From Octopus vulgaris (taxonomy: Eukaryota), in assembly GCA_951406725.2 (NCBI GenBank), contig OX597823.1, positions 83,266,001 through 83,330,000 on the forward strand: a stretch of 64,000 nt of DNA, read 5' to 3'. Under the pieces are notes generated by a model. It searched no databases and was not told where the DNA came from. It saw only the letters and a program-made list of their open reading frames with translations. Position 1 is the stretch's first letter; each line of letters begins with the position of its first letter. This document shows, piece after piece, positions 1-12,740 of this stretch. The position numbers and the translations under genes were made by a program.

Positions 1-180
1 ACGCCATTGATGTTGTCCAAGGAAAGGCAAAGGGGCCGATACAGCTTGGTACCAGTGACGTCGCAGCTCATTTCTACAGTTTAGTGAACTGGCGCAACAT
101 GAATAAACTGTCTTGCTCAAGAACACAGGCACACAGCTCGATTCTACGCTCGACGCTCTAACCAATGAGCCATACCTTCA
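1..180 (-). mobile_element. tRNA-derived SINE, family C (partial)
   Basis: Reverse complement of the head seen at 25625 and 47596; near-identical to the 34370-34548 segment. Confidence 0.65.
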
Positions 181-450
181 CAATTTACAAATAATATAAT
201 GCCTTACATTATTTAATCACCGTGAAATATTTTTGTTAACTATCTAAATAAAAAATTTTCCCTACAAAGATGAAATGAACGTTGAAATTTCATCCACGTG
301 TCAGTCATTTGCAATGAGTGGATGACATCAAAATCATAGCAGTAGTGAGCCACCCTGGTGGCCGATCGTGGTTACACAAAGCTTCTCAATTAGAAATATG
401 AGGTTTAGATTTTCTGAAGCAATAACTTTTACAGTTGATATGAATAAAGA

Positions 451-765
451 TAAATTTGAGATACAGTATTCCCATAATGCAGTTTATTTACGGTAAATTT
501 ATGGTTTCAGATTTTATTCTGGTATATTGTCACAATAATGTATTTATTTGCACAGAATCCTACATTTTCCTCAACAAAACCACTTAAAAATATCAAGCAA
601 ACTGTCTACGATGAAGCATAGTAAATTTGTTGAAATGCGGTACTCCCACAGCGTAGTTTATTTAAGATAAATTTATCGCTTCATACTTTATTCCCGCATA
701 ATCTCACAATTTTGTATTTACATTCGCAGAATCATATATTTCCCCAACAAAAACACTAAAATATC
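451..765. repeat. Diverged direct duplication, about 145-bp units, about 172-bp period
   Basis: aaatttg..tcccataatgcagtttattt..cagaatc..caacaaaa..aaaatatc at 451-595 recurs at 623-765. Confidence 0.6.
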
Positions 766-789
766 TTTATCTTTTATATCTTATGTTTC

Positions 790-1407
790 AGTAATGTTTC
801 GGCCATACTGGGGCACCACCTGAAGTATTTTTAGTCAAATGAATCGATCCCAGTACTGTTATTGACTTTTTTTATATTTTAAGCTTGGTATTTATTCTAT
901 CGGTCTGCTAAATTACGGAGACGAAAACAAACTAATACCGGTTGTCAAGCGGTGGTGTGAGACAAACACACACACATACATACATATACACACTGACACA
1001 AACACGCAGACACACACACACAGACACAAACATATGTGCGTTGGGTGTGTGTGAGTGCGTGCGGGTGTGTGTGAGTGCGTGTGGGTGTGTGTGTATAAAT
1101 ATACACGACGGGCTTCTTTCAGTTTCCGTCTGCCTAATCAACTCACAAAGATTTGATCGTTCCGATGATATAATAGAAGACACTTGCCCAATCTCACCAC
1201 ACAGCCTCACCTGCGCCTCCTTTATTCTCTTTCTCTCTCTTTCTCTTTTACTTGTTTCAGTCATTTGACTGCGGCCATGCTGGAGCACCGCCTTTAGTCG
1301 AGCAATTCGACCCCAGGACCTATTCTTCGGAATCCTAGTACTTATTCTATCGCTCTTTTGCCGAACCGCTAAGTTACGGGAACGTAAATTTACAGACAGA
1401 CAAACAT

Positions 1408-1480
<73 letters not shown>

Positions 1481-1600
1481 TACGACGGACATCTTTAAAT
1501 TTCCGTCTACCAAATCCACTCACAAGGACTTGTTCGGCCTGAGGCTATAGTAGAAGACACTTGCCCACGGTGCCATGCAGTAGGAATGAACTCGAAACCA
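790..1600 (-). mobile_element. Two tandem copies of SINE family B (tRNA head, CORE-like caccttgggcaagtg block, internal microsatellite)
   Basis: cttgtttcagtcatttgactgcggccatgctggagcaccgcc...ccgtctaccaaatccactcacaagg...gaagacacttgccc; more than 12 copies in the window. Confidence 0.8.
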
Positions 1601-1779
1601 TGAAACATATTAAATTCGTTCTCTCCATAAAATATGCTTGCAAAACATATTATAAACGTATAATGCACGAATGCTTTTCGTACGCCCACAAATATTTCTA
1701 GCTGTTTGTTTATATCAGTGTTTATGTGGCAATTTCGTTAGTAATTTGTGAAATGATGGTGTTATTTTTTTCGCTAGAT

Positions 1780-2272
1780 TTAGGTAGAGTGCTAATGGCG
1801 GTAGAGATGGTGATGGCGGTGATGGTAGCTGTAATGGCGTTGTTGTTCTGGTAGCATTTCTGTTGGTTGATTGTGTGACAATTGGTCGTGCTTTGGATTG
1901 TTTTCTGTCCATGGTAATGGTCACATTGGTGGTGATGGTGGTGGTGGTGGTGGCGGCGGCGTTGGTGTTTTGAGCAGTATTTTATGTTCGTTGTCTCAGA
2001 AAGCGATACCTTCATTGAATGTTTTCGTTTGTTATTGTTGTTGTTATTGATGCTAGGGATAGGGGCGGGCGGCAACAATGGCGACGGTAGTGGATGGTAG
2101 TGGTGGTAGCGGTGATTGTGTTGGTAGCGACGACGGTGGCGGTGGCGGTGGCGGTAACGGCGATGGCGATGGTGGCTATGTTGGTAAAAGTTACGGCAGG
2201 GGTGGAGGGTATGACGCCAGCGGTAGTGGTGGTGGTGGTGGCAACACTAAGGAGGTGGGGTACCAGTGGTAG
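1780..2272. repeat. Degenerate (GGT/GGC/GAT)n low-complexity tract
   Basis: Trinucleotide runs that explain the poly-H/G/V ORFs. Confidence 0.8.
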
Positions 2273-2324
2273 TGGAGTCTGGCAGTCTTCCTCAGCTCTG
2301 GTGAAGCAGGTCTTAGATCTTATT

Positions 2325-2660
2325 GAAATTTTGGCACAAGGCCAACAATCTCGGTCGATTACATCGACCCCAGTTCTCTGTTGGTTCTTATTTTATCGAC
2401 CCCGAGAGACGAAAGGTAAAATCAACCTCAGCCGAATTTGAACTTGGAACATTAAAGACAGACGAAACGCTGTTAAGCATTTTGCCCGTTGTGCTAACGA
2501 TTCAGCCAAGCTCGCCACCTTCTGTCAGGGAAATACATTGATTTCAAATTTTGGCACAAGGCCAGCAAGTTGAAAGGAGGGGGCTAGTCGATTGCATCGG
2601 CCCCAGTACCAAACTGGTACTTATTGTATCGACCACGACAGGATAAAAAGGCAAAGATCG
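2325..2660 (-). mobile_element. Two SINE family A copies (tRNA head plus conserved gcctttcatcctttcggggtcgataaa central domain)
   Basis: ttttggcacaaggcc..tcgattacatcgaccccag..tcgacccc..gaatttgaac..ctcgccacct. Confidence 0.75.
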
Positions 2661-2664
2661 ACTC

Positions 2665-2930
2665 TAGTACTTATTATATCGGTCTCTTTTTGCCGAACCG
2701 CTAAGTTACAGGAACGTAAACACACCAGCATCGGTTGTCAAGCGATGTTGGGGGGACAAGCACAGATACACAAACATATACACACATATACATATATATA
2801 AGCAATAATAAATCTCTGAACAAGGTATAAATATATATATGTATATTTGTATATACATATATACATATATACGACGGGCTTCTTTCAGTTTCCGTCTACT
2901 AAATCCACTCACAAGGCTTTGGTCGGACCC
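2665..2930 (-). mobile_element. SINE family B (partial)
   Basis: tagtacttatt..ttttgccgaaccgctaagttac..ccactcacaaggctttggtcgg. Confidence 0.75.
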
Positions 2931-3704
2931 TGTTGTACTCTTTCGCCCCAACTTTCTCTCACTCTCTCTTCCTGTTTCTTGAGTAACGCTGCGATGGACT
3001 GGCATCCCGTCCAGCTGGGGGGAAACACATACGCCACAAAAACCCGTAAATCGGCCCATGAGCCTGGCTAGGCTTGAAAAAGGGCGCTTAAAATTTTTTT
3101 AGATAAAGTAAGCATCAGTGGAATTTGGACACAGAACAAAAGGAGGCAGAATAAATATTAAGCACTTTGTCCTCCATGCTAACGATTCTGCGAGCTCGCT
3201 ACCTTTCTTCAAGCCACTAATCCTTTTCTACTGTAGCCACATGGCCCGAAATTTGGGGTAATGGGCTTATCTATTATGTCAATCCAGTGTTCAACTAGTA
3301 TATATTTCATCGAACCTCGAAAGGGATGACATGCAAAGCTTACCTTACTGAATTTGAACTCAGAACGTAAAGGGTTAAACAGAAATACCGCTAAGTGTTT
3401 TGTCCGACTTGCTAACGATTTGACCAGCTCACCTTTTTTTTTTTTTGAAGCAATTAATGAATACAAATTGTAACGTGTAAAATCTAAATTAGTGAGTGAA
3501 ATAGTTGTTATTCAGCTCACTGAATCATAAAATCTCAAATATATCTCATTAAAATGTTCATATCTGCTAATTAAACTTGTTAAGAAATTACATCTCAGTA
3601 TGTTCGTTTAATTTTTGCGTATATTTATTTTTCAAAATTTTAGATAGAAAATGGTAACCTAGAATATATATTGTTATACTTTGCGAGAGATTATAAAATC
3701 ATTA

Positions 3705-3920
3705 AAATACATGCAGTGGTTGAAGTTTGCTTCGGTTTTATATTCTTAGTTAATTAGATAATTACTTAATTACTTGGTTAATTGCTTTGTCAAAGTTGAA
3801 AAGCAGTGGCGAAAGAACATGCCATTTGATCGATTAATTAAATTGTTTGCTAATTAATTAGCTAATTATCTAATTAATTTATAATAAGACTGAAGTGAAA
3901 TACAACCAGTGCGAGTGTTT
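3705..3920. repeat. Imperfect inverted repeat, possibly a MITE remnant
   Basis: gcagtggttg..cttcggtttta..ttaattagataatta pairs with taattatctaattaa..taagactgaag..caaccagtgc. Confidence 0.5.
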
Positions 3921-4361
3921 TAACTGGCAGTGTGGCCCTCCGAATTGCAACAACTTCTCTCCGTTTATCATTGAAATGAATAAATGAACAGATAATTTAT
4001 GATATTAGCATAAACTGTAATTTATACATATAAATTCATTGGAAATAAGGCAAGCAGATTCACAATACTTCCGGTAAACTGACTTCCTTTAAAAATATGA
4101 CAAATTATTCATAACGGAATATATACTAAGTGTATGCATTGGACGACAATTCAAAAATATGTTACGCATTTGAAAAATCAACAAACATAATGGCAGTGTT
4201 CCGGTCCAAAGGCCACAGCCCTTGGACCGGAACACGTATAGGAATAAAGGAATATAACGATACGGATGTGGTGAAGAAATGTGCTTTGTAACAAGGTGAT
4301 AATGAGTTCGAATCTATTGCACAGCACATTGTTTAAGCGTATTTTACTATAGTCAAGTGAA

Positions 4362-4650
4362 AGTGCGTGGCTTAGTGGTTAGGACGTTGCACTTACGATC
4401 GTGGGATTGCGGTTTCGATTACCGAACCAGGCGGTGCCTTGTGACCTTGAGCAAAAAACCTCGCTTCACCTGGCTGTGTGATCATTTCGACATCTGACAT
4501 GCTCCTGCATATGCAATGTCAAAGTGATGGAGGAAGCCAGCTAATATACAACACGAACATTTGATCATTATCAACAAGTCTACTGCGCAAGTCGTTCAGC
4601 AGAAATTTCTGGAACTCTCATCTGTCGTTTACGACTGGAGTGTCTAGGAT
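4362..4650 (+). mobile_element. SINE family C variant
   Basis: gcgtggcttagtggttagg (A box)..ggtttcgattacc (B box)..ccttgagcaaa. Confidence 0.65.
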
Positions 4651-4975
4651 AACAGGGGTATCCAATGTCTACGAAATGAAATTTTGTTAAACGAAAACTG
4701 TTCGTATGTCAACCCGATGGACTATACATGTATTCGAGTGGTGTACTTAATTCGTTCTTTACTTTAAAACACCACCTAATTCTTTCTCCCTAACGGAACT
4801 CATTATATTAGAAGCATTCGGACCAAATTTCCGTTCTGAGGATAAAATATTCATCAATTTCTACATACTATTCCTCTAACATACAGGGCCGTTCTGCAAA
4901 ACAATCAAGGGCGACCATTCTTTCTTACTACAACTGGGAGAATTAGGCCGTTGGGGTTCTATATTTTCGTCAAAA

Positions 4976-5790
4976 TATTGGATTATCAGCTAAACTGGAT
5001 CGCTTCTTTCCAATGTTATTTGAATAAACACGAAATTTATTTTTGCTGTAATGCTTTGTTTTTCTTTATAATTCTGTTTTCCCTCTACAACTTTTTGTTC
5101 ATTGTTTTTAAAATTTCAATAAATTTTACTTCTTTTCCGGCATATGACGATCGAATGTAAAGTAGAAAAATGTGAGCACCTTAGATATTTGGTTTTCTTT
5201 TCTTCCAATCAAGATTCCAGACAAATGTCTGGAGCTGCCAAAGCCGCTCCAGACATTTGTGCTGTGTACAAAGAAGGGACTATTGCTGAAAGATCTACAC
5301 AGAAATGGTTTTCACACTTCAATTAGGAGAAATTCGACCTCATTTTCTGCGTTCCGGTCAACTCGTCCCGTTCACTGAAGATCGACTGAACGAGATCATC
5401 CATAAGAATCTGCGTTAGTCTATTTTGAAACTGGCCAAGAAAATACTATGGTCGCATGATACTGTTACCCATCATCTCCACTCAATGGATGAGGCCGAAA
5501 CAACCCAACCGACGGCAGAACATACTTCTTCAACATGACAACGGTTGCCCAACGTCGCTAGTTTGACCAAAATCGCTATTCAAAAGCTTGGTTGGGAAGT
5601 TCTATCGCACCCGCCGTATTCTCTTGATATAGGGCTTTCGCATTGTCACCTTTTCGGACAAACTAGCGTTGACAAGAAGTTGTGAGCAATCAATAATGTA
5701 TTACTAACTGGTTTGTTAAAATTTGTTGATGAAAAATAGAGATTTAAATAAATGGTAAAAAAGAGCAATAAATTTGACGAACAACCCAAT
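4976..5790 (+). mobile_element. Internally deleted, degenerate mariner transposon
   Basis: ECKVEKCEHLRY..AAKAAPDICAVYKEGTIAERSTQKWF (HTH), LLQHDN, LGWEVLSHPPYSLDI; degenerate TIRs tattgg../..aacccaat. Confidence 0.8.
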
Positions 5791-5800
5791 CAATACAATA

Positions 5801-6304
5801 CAGTGATCCCTCGCTACTTCGCGGTTCAACTATCTCGGATTCACGACTTCACGGATTTTTTAAAGATATATACATATATATATATATGAGCGCCTAAAAT
5901 TTGTCATTATATCCATTAAAATATTAATAAATAAATATCATTTGCTAGTCTAAGAACAACAAAAGCGTAAAATAGCAAAAACGCATATACAGGGGTATTT
6001 GAAGTTAAGACAGGCTGTGATTGGTGCAATGGAGAGAGACGACGAATCACAGCTTTGTATTTTGTAATCTGGCCTGTGTAACAGTAACTATCTTTATTTT
6101 TTAAAATCTAAAGTGTTATTGCTTAACAGTTGTCATTATTAATAGACTACTGTAATGGATGGGTTGTTAACAGTACAGGGAGGGTTTTAAAAGTCCAAAT
6201 ACACGTTAAATAAATACTGTAAACATGGTGTCCCTACTTCACGGAAATTCAGTTATCGCGGCCGGTCTCGGAACCAATCTACCGCGATAAACGAATGATC
6301 ACTG
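5801..6304. mobile_element. Tigger/pogo-like MITE
   Basis: TA|cagtgatccctcgctacttcgcgg ... ccgcgataaacgaatgatcactg|TA: TIRs plus TA duplication. Confidence 0.8.
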
Positions 6305-6684
6305 TAGTTATATTTATTAGTTATCTAAACACCACATGGCCAATGATGGTGGTGGTTTCTCTTATTCCGAGAAGGATGATTCTACAATTTCTTACTGAGC
6401 GACCTACATAAATGATTTGTTAGTAGAGATCAAATTTATGCATTGCAAGCTCCGTCCATCAAATCGATGTTACCTGAACAGGTGCATGGTGTAACACACG
6501 TCATGTGTTGAAGTGATCGCAGAGCAGCGTGAAACGAAGTGTTTTGCTCAAGAACACAACCACTGCTCGGTCTAGGGACTGAAATTACGATCTCGCGAAC
6601 GTGAGTGCAACACCCTTACCACTAGGCCATCCGCCTTCACATATACAGCCAATAACACAATATGAACCACTGAACTGTTTTGTG

Positions 6685-6715
<31 letters not shown>

Positions 6716-6879
6716 TTTGCTTTTTTTTTTGTTTATTGTTGTCTAAACAGTCATCGTCTTGGCCAATTGAAACTATTCTTATTGGATTTGGCTGATAATT
6801 TATTTTAAATTATTCAGCCTAATTTGACAAAGTACTAAGAGATAAAACCTAGTGTATTGCTTGCGTAAATTATATTCTT

Positions 6880-7022
6880 CTCTACTCTAGGCACAAGGCC
6901 CGAAATTTCGGGGAAAATTCCAGTCGATTAGATCGACCCCAGTACGCAACTGGCACTTAATTTATCGACCCCGAAAGGATGAAAGGCAAATCGACCTCGG
7001 CGGAATTTGAACGTAAAGACGG
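6880..7022 (-). mobile_element. SINE family A
   Basis: tcgaccccgaaaggatgaaaggcaaa..cctcggcggaatttgaac..gctaacgattctgccag. Confidence 0.85.
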
Positions 7023-7566
7023 ACGATATGCCGCTAAGCATTTTGCCCGGCGTGCTAACGATTCTGCCAGCACGCCGTCTTAATCTCCAGGTATATAATG
7101 GAAGAATTTTCTCACAGATTTCCAGTACTTTCTAATATTTTTCTCAGTGTGTCTCACATAATTCTAAATATTTTGCTATTCATTAATATAATTAAATAAA
7201 CTCTGTAATGTGTGAAATCGCAATAAACGGGTGCTGAAATAGTTGAATATCACAATATCACAATTATTCTCATTAAAATCTTAATATCAACTAATTAAAC
7301 TTACTAAGGAAATAACGTATCAGTCTCTATCAGTGAAAGGAAACCGTCGTAAAAGAATATTTTGGTGAAGTGTGATTTCTGTATATTCAGCAATGATTTA
7401 TGTATGTAAATTCTTGATAATGAGAGCAACTATATCTACACAAATCCGGATAGCTGTCACACATGACAAATGATTCTCAATAAGCTTGTGTACGTATGTG
7501 CGTGTCTGTATGTGTGTATGTGTATGTGTGTGCTATGTGTGACTATGTGTGTGTATGTGCGTTTGT

Positions 7567-7633
<67 letters not shown>

Positions 7634-7853
7634 TTAAAATAACTAAGTCTCTCTAAAAGAGAACAGCGGCAGCGTTCCCGGAAAATAATAGTTATCGCCA
7701 TACTAATATGGCATTCTTATAAAAATAAGAAAAAAGCTGTCCGCTCATTAGCTCCATGAGGCCATCGCCTTAAGTTAGCTATTTGATACACAAACTGTAT
7801 CCATATAACCTTCGAACAAGGGAGGTCAGTCGCTCCACACTACTTGACCGGCA

Positions 7854-7895
7854 GCTACAGACGCGTTTCAGGGTATTGCCCCTTTTCAATGCAGC
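7854..7895 (-). ncRNA. Type-I hammerhead motif, U3-A8 variant (second minus-strand copy at 8216-8257)
   Basis: Reverse complement of 8867-8908. Confidence 0.75.
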
Positions 7896-8866
7896 GTAGC
7901 CAGCCAGTAGGTGTCGCTTCCGACAATCTCTGTTCGATGGTTTTATTTACCTAGTTTCGGTGGAATACATCCACTTGTTTTCAATAATAGAAATATTAAA
8001 ATAACTAAGTCTCTCTAAAAGAGAACAGCGGCAGCGTTCCCGGAAAATAATAGTTATCGCCATACTAATATGGCATTCTTATAAAAATAAGAAAAAAGCT
8101 GTCCGCTTATTAGCTCCATGAGGCCATCGCCTTAAGTTAGCTATTTGATACACAAACTGTATCCATATAACCTTCGAACAAGGGAGGTCAGTCGCTCCAC
8201 ACTACTTGACCGGCAGCTACAGACGCGTTTCAGGGTATTGCCCCTTTTCAATGCAGCGTAGCCAGCCAGTAGGTGTCGCTTCCGACAATCTCTGTTCGAT
8301 GGTTTTATTTACCTAGTTTCGGTGGAATACATCCACTTGTTTTCAATAATAGAAATATTAAAATAACTAAGTCTCTCTAAAAGAGAACAGCGGCAGCGTT
8401 CCCGGAAAATAATAGTTATCGCCATACTAATATAGCATTCTTATAAAAATAAGAAAAAAGCTGTCCGCTTATTAGCTCCATGAGGCCATCGCCTTAAGTT
8501 AGCTATTTGATACACAAACTGTATCCATATAACCTTCGTCTGTAGCTGCCGGTCAAGTAGTGTGGAGCGACTGACCTCCCTTGTTCGAAGGTTATATGGA
8601 TACAGTTTGTGTATCAAATAGCTAACTTAAGGCGATGGCCTCATGGAGCTAATAAGCGGACAGCTTTTTTCTTATTTTTATAAGAATGCCATATTAGTAT
8701 GGCGATAACTATTATTTTCCGGGAACGCTGCCGCTGTTCTCTTTTAGAGAGACTTAGTTATTTTAATATTTCTATTATTGAAAACAAGTGGATGTATTCC
8801 ACCGAAACTAGGTAAATAAAACCATCGAACAGAGATTGTCGGAAGCGACACCTACTGGCTGGCTAC

Positions 8867-8908
8867 GCTGCATTGAAAAGGGGCAATACCCTGAAACGCG
8901 TCTGTAGC
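8867..8908 (+). ncRNA. Type-I hammerhead motif, U3-A8 variant (further copies with cleavage C at 9264 and 9625)
   Basis: gctgca-TTGAAAA-gggg caata ccct-GAAA-cgcg-TC-tgtagc; stem I extends over about 8852-8922; palindromic ACGCGT stem III. Confidence 0.75.
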
Positions 8909-9794
8909 TGCCGGTCAAGTAGTGTGGAGCGACTGACCTCCCTTGTTCGAAGGTTATATGGATACAGTTTGTGTATCAAATAGCTAACTTAAGGCGATGG
9001 CCTCATGGAGCTAATAAGCGGACAGCTTTTTTCTTATTTTTATAAGAATGCCATATTAGTATGGCGATAACTATTATTTTCCGGGAACGCTGCCGCTGTT
9101 CTCTTTTAGAGAGACTTAGTTATTTTAATATTTCTATTATTGAAAACAAGTGGATGTATTCCACCGAAACTAGGTAAATAAAACCATCGAACAGAGATTG
9201 TCGGAAGCGACACCTACTGGCTGGCTACGCTGCATTGAAAAGGGGCAATACCCTGAAACGCGTCTGTAGCTGCCGGTCAAGTAGTGTGGAGCGACTGACC
9301 TCCTTGTTCGAAGGTTATATGGATACAGTTTGTGTATCAAATAGCTAACTTAAGGCGATGGCCTCATGGAGCTAATAAGCGGACAGCTTTTTTCTTATTT
9401 TTATAAGAATGCCATATTAGTATGGCGATAACTATTATTTTCCGGGAACGCTGCCGCTGTTCTCTTTTAGAGAGACTTAGTTATTTTAATATTTCTATTA
9501 TTGAAAACAAGTGGATGTATTCCACCGAAACTAGGTAAATAAAACCATCGAACAGAGATTGTCGGAAGCGACACCTACTGGCTGGCTACGCTGCATTGAA
9601 AAGGGGCAATACCCTGAAACGCGTCTGTAGCTGCCGGTCAAGTAGTGTGGAGCGACTGACCTCCCTTGTTCGAAGGTTATATGGATACAGTTTGTGTATC
9701 AAATAGCTAACTTAAGGCGATGGCCTCATGGAGCTAATGAGCGGACAGCTTTTTTCTTATTTTTATAAGAATGCCATATTAGTATGGCGATAAC

Positions 9795-9830
<36 letters not shown>

Positions 9831-9833
<3 letters not shown>

Positions 9834-10075
9834 ACGGAAAGGTTTACGAAAATAAATAAAAGACGAAGGCAGGTTTACGAAAATAAGCAAAAGACGAAGG
9901 CAGGTGGAGTACAAACAAACAATGTATTAGTATGGCGCTCAGGAATAGAAATAAAACAAGTCTTTTACGTTTCGAGCCTACACTCTTCGACAGAAAGATA
10001 CACAGAAAAGAAACAAAGAGAGAAACAAGGAGAGAAAAAAATTGCGTGTAGGGGCTAACGATCCAACATGGCGTT
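9831..10075 (-). mobile_element. PLE terminal-repeat-like fragment abutting (TA)n, with minimal HHR-like motif at 9961-9998
   Basis: Minus strand: tcttt-CTGTCGA-A-gagt gtag gctc-GAAA-cg-TA-aaaga (A6 replaced by U). Confidence 0.6.
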
Positions 10076-10693
10076 TATAAAGTCGACAGATGGATAACAA
10101 CTGAAGCAGTATTTATGCTAAATGGCAATCTTTATATCCAACTTAACGTGGACGTAGTGTTTGAGAGTCAAGTACTGCGTTATCTACTTTGAAAGGACGT
10201 TTCATATTGACGCATGGAGCATAAAGGCACATGTATTTATATTCTCGTCTGCCAGCGATATAAATATGAGTTTTTATGGACCATCTGTCCAATGGAGATG
10301 TCCTCCTAAAGTAAGTACCGCAATAATTCGCATTCTAACAATACAGTCACGTTAGGTTTGATATAAAGACTGATTTTAGTATCAATACTGCTCTTGTCGC
10401 AAATAATTTATTATTAATAAGTCTGTTGGCTATTTGCAGGATAAGTACATGAACAGTCAATCAAATTCCATATATTACTGGCTGTGATAATTGGCTGTAT
10501 GCGTCTACCGGACGTCAGCCACTAAAGAGATGTCATCTTGATGTGGCAGTTCTGGCGTCCGTAACAGATGAGTTTCGTCTGCCAGCAGTATAAATATACG
10601 TACCTTGAACCATGCGTCCATATGAGAGGTCCCCTCGAGGTCAATAGTGCAGTATTCGGCGCTCTAACAATGCATTGGGTTTAAAGAGGGCCC

Positions 10694-10758
<65 letters not shown>

Positions 10759-11006
10759 TATAGGAAGAGAGGTAGGTAGGTAGATTGGTAGATAAAGACA
10801 TATGTATGTGGTAAAAAGTTGGATTTATACATGATCATTTATTTTTATATTTTTTGAGATCTAGTTATAAGTTATATGTTTTATAAAAATATATATTATT
10901 TGTTATTTATGTTTTGGTTTATGTCTATCACTGTTTGGTTTGCATAATAGTGGTTTTGTCTCTAATTAATATTTTATATTTTATACATACACACACACAC
11001 ACACAT

Positions 11007-11038
<32 letters not shown>

Positions 11039-11061
11039 ATACATATATATATATATATATA

Positions 11062-11613
<552 letters not shown>

Positions 11614-11758
11614 TATATATAATATATATATAAGAATGTTCTGACTGAACCTTACAGAAGTTCCTGCCGGTAATCGGCTATATTTACATACCGAATTCTA
11701 CCAGTAAATAATTGGGGTTTATTTAAAAGCCTTTATAGAAATTATTTACTCTTATTAT

Positions 11759-11818
<60 letters not shown>

Positions 11819-12020
11819 AGAGAGCGAGTGAGGGAGAGACAGAAAGATATAAAGATACGGAGAAACAGATACAAGGAGATATGTATGCATATGCATACAT
11901 GCATATCTCTCTCCCTACCCCCTCTCTCTATATATATTTATATATATTCTGTAATTCTTTTATTCTTTTATTTTTTTACTTGTTTCAGTCATTTGACTGC
12001 AGCTATATATATATGTGTTT

Positions 12021-12082
<62 letters not shown>

Positions 12083-12150
12083 ATGTGTATGTATGTATGT
12101 ATGTATGTATGTATGTATGTATGTATGTATGTATGTATGTATGTATGTAT

Positions 12151-12430
12151 AGGCGCAGGAATAGCTGTGTGGTAAGAAGCTGGCTTCCTAACCACATGTT
12201 TCCGGGTTCAGTCCCACTGTAGCCTCGGGTTGACTAAAGCCTTGTGAATGTATTTGGTAGACGCAAACTGAAAGAAGGCCGTCGTATATATGTATATATG
12301 CGTGTGCATATGTTTGTGTGTCTGTGTTTGACCATCACTTCACAACCGATGTTGGTGTGTTTACGTTCCCGTAACTTAGCGGTTCGGCAAAAGTAACCGA
12401 TAGAATAAGTACTAGGCTTACAAAGAGATC
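12151..12430 (+). mobile_element. SINE family B
   Basis: aggcgcaggaatagctgtgtggtaagaagc..ccgggttcagtcccactg..gatagaataagtactaggcttacaaag. Confidence 0.8.
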
Positions 12431-12740
12431 TAACTGTGGGAATTAAAAGTACGGGAAAAAATGTGTATCCAAACTTAGTAGAATTTATATATAAAAATAT
12501 TAAAAATTTAGAAACGGATTTAAGAACCAAGTAAGAGAGGAATAATAGATAAAGCAACCTAAGTCATAAAAATGGGGTATTTTTATATATAACAGAAACA
12601 TCATAATGTTTTATGAAACGACCGTAATGCACTGATACATGGACATCCTTGTTTACTTATTTGCTTTTTATTCACCTAATTTCGAGCTGTGCGGACAACA
12701 CTGACTGTCTTGGTGCCTTAACTTAAATACCTCGTTTATT

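Larger units (their letters stand above)
7626..9800. repeat. 362-bp tandem array with central inversion, embedded in (TA)n; retrozyme-like or PLE terminal-repeat-like
   Basis: Unit starts at 7628, 7990 and 8352 (period 362); orientation flips at 8537-8538; (TA)n on both sides. Confidence 0.95.

Noticed and set aside
345-365. CTCF-like palindromic motif gccaccctggtggc
   Set aside because: Spacing differs from the consensus by one base; a single motif is not evidence.
2078-2272. Gly-rich protein ORF
   Set aside because: Degenerate (GGT/GGC)n repeat with no splice or context support.
7626-9800. CRISPR-like or 5S/snRNA tandem gene array
   Set aside because: Whole units are near-identical with no variable spacers, and I see no 5S or snRNA similarity.
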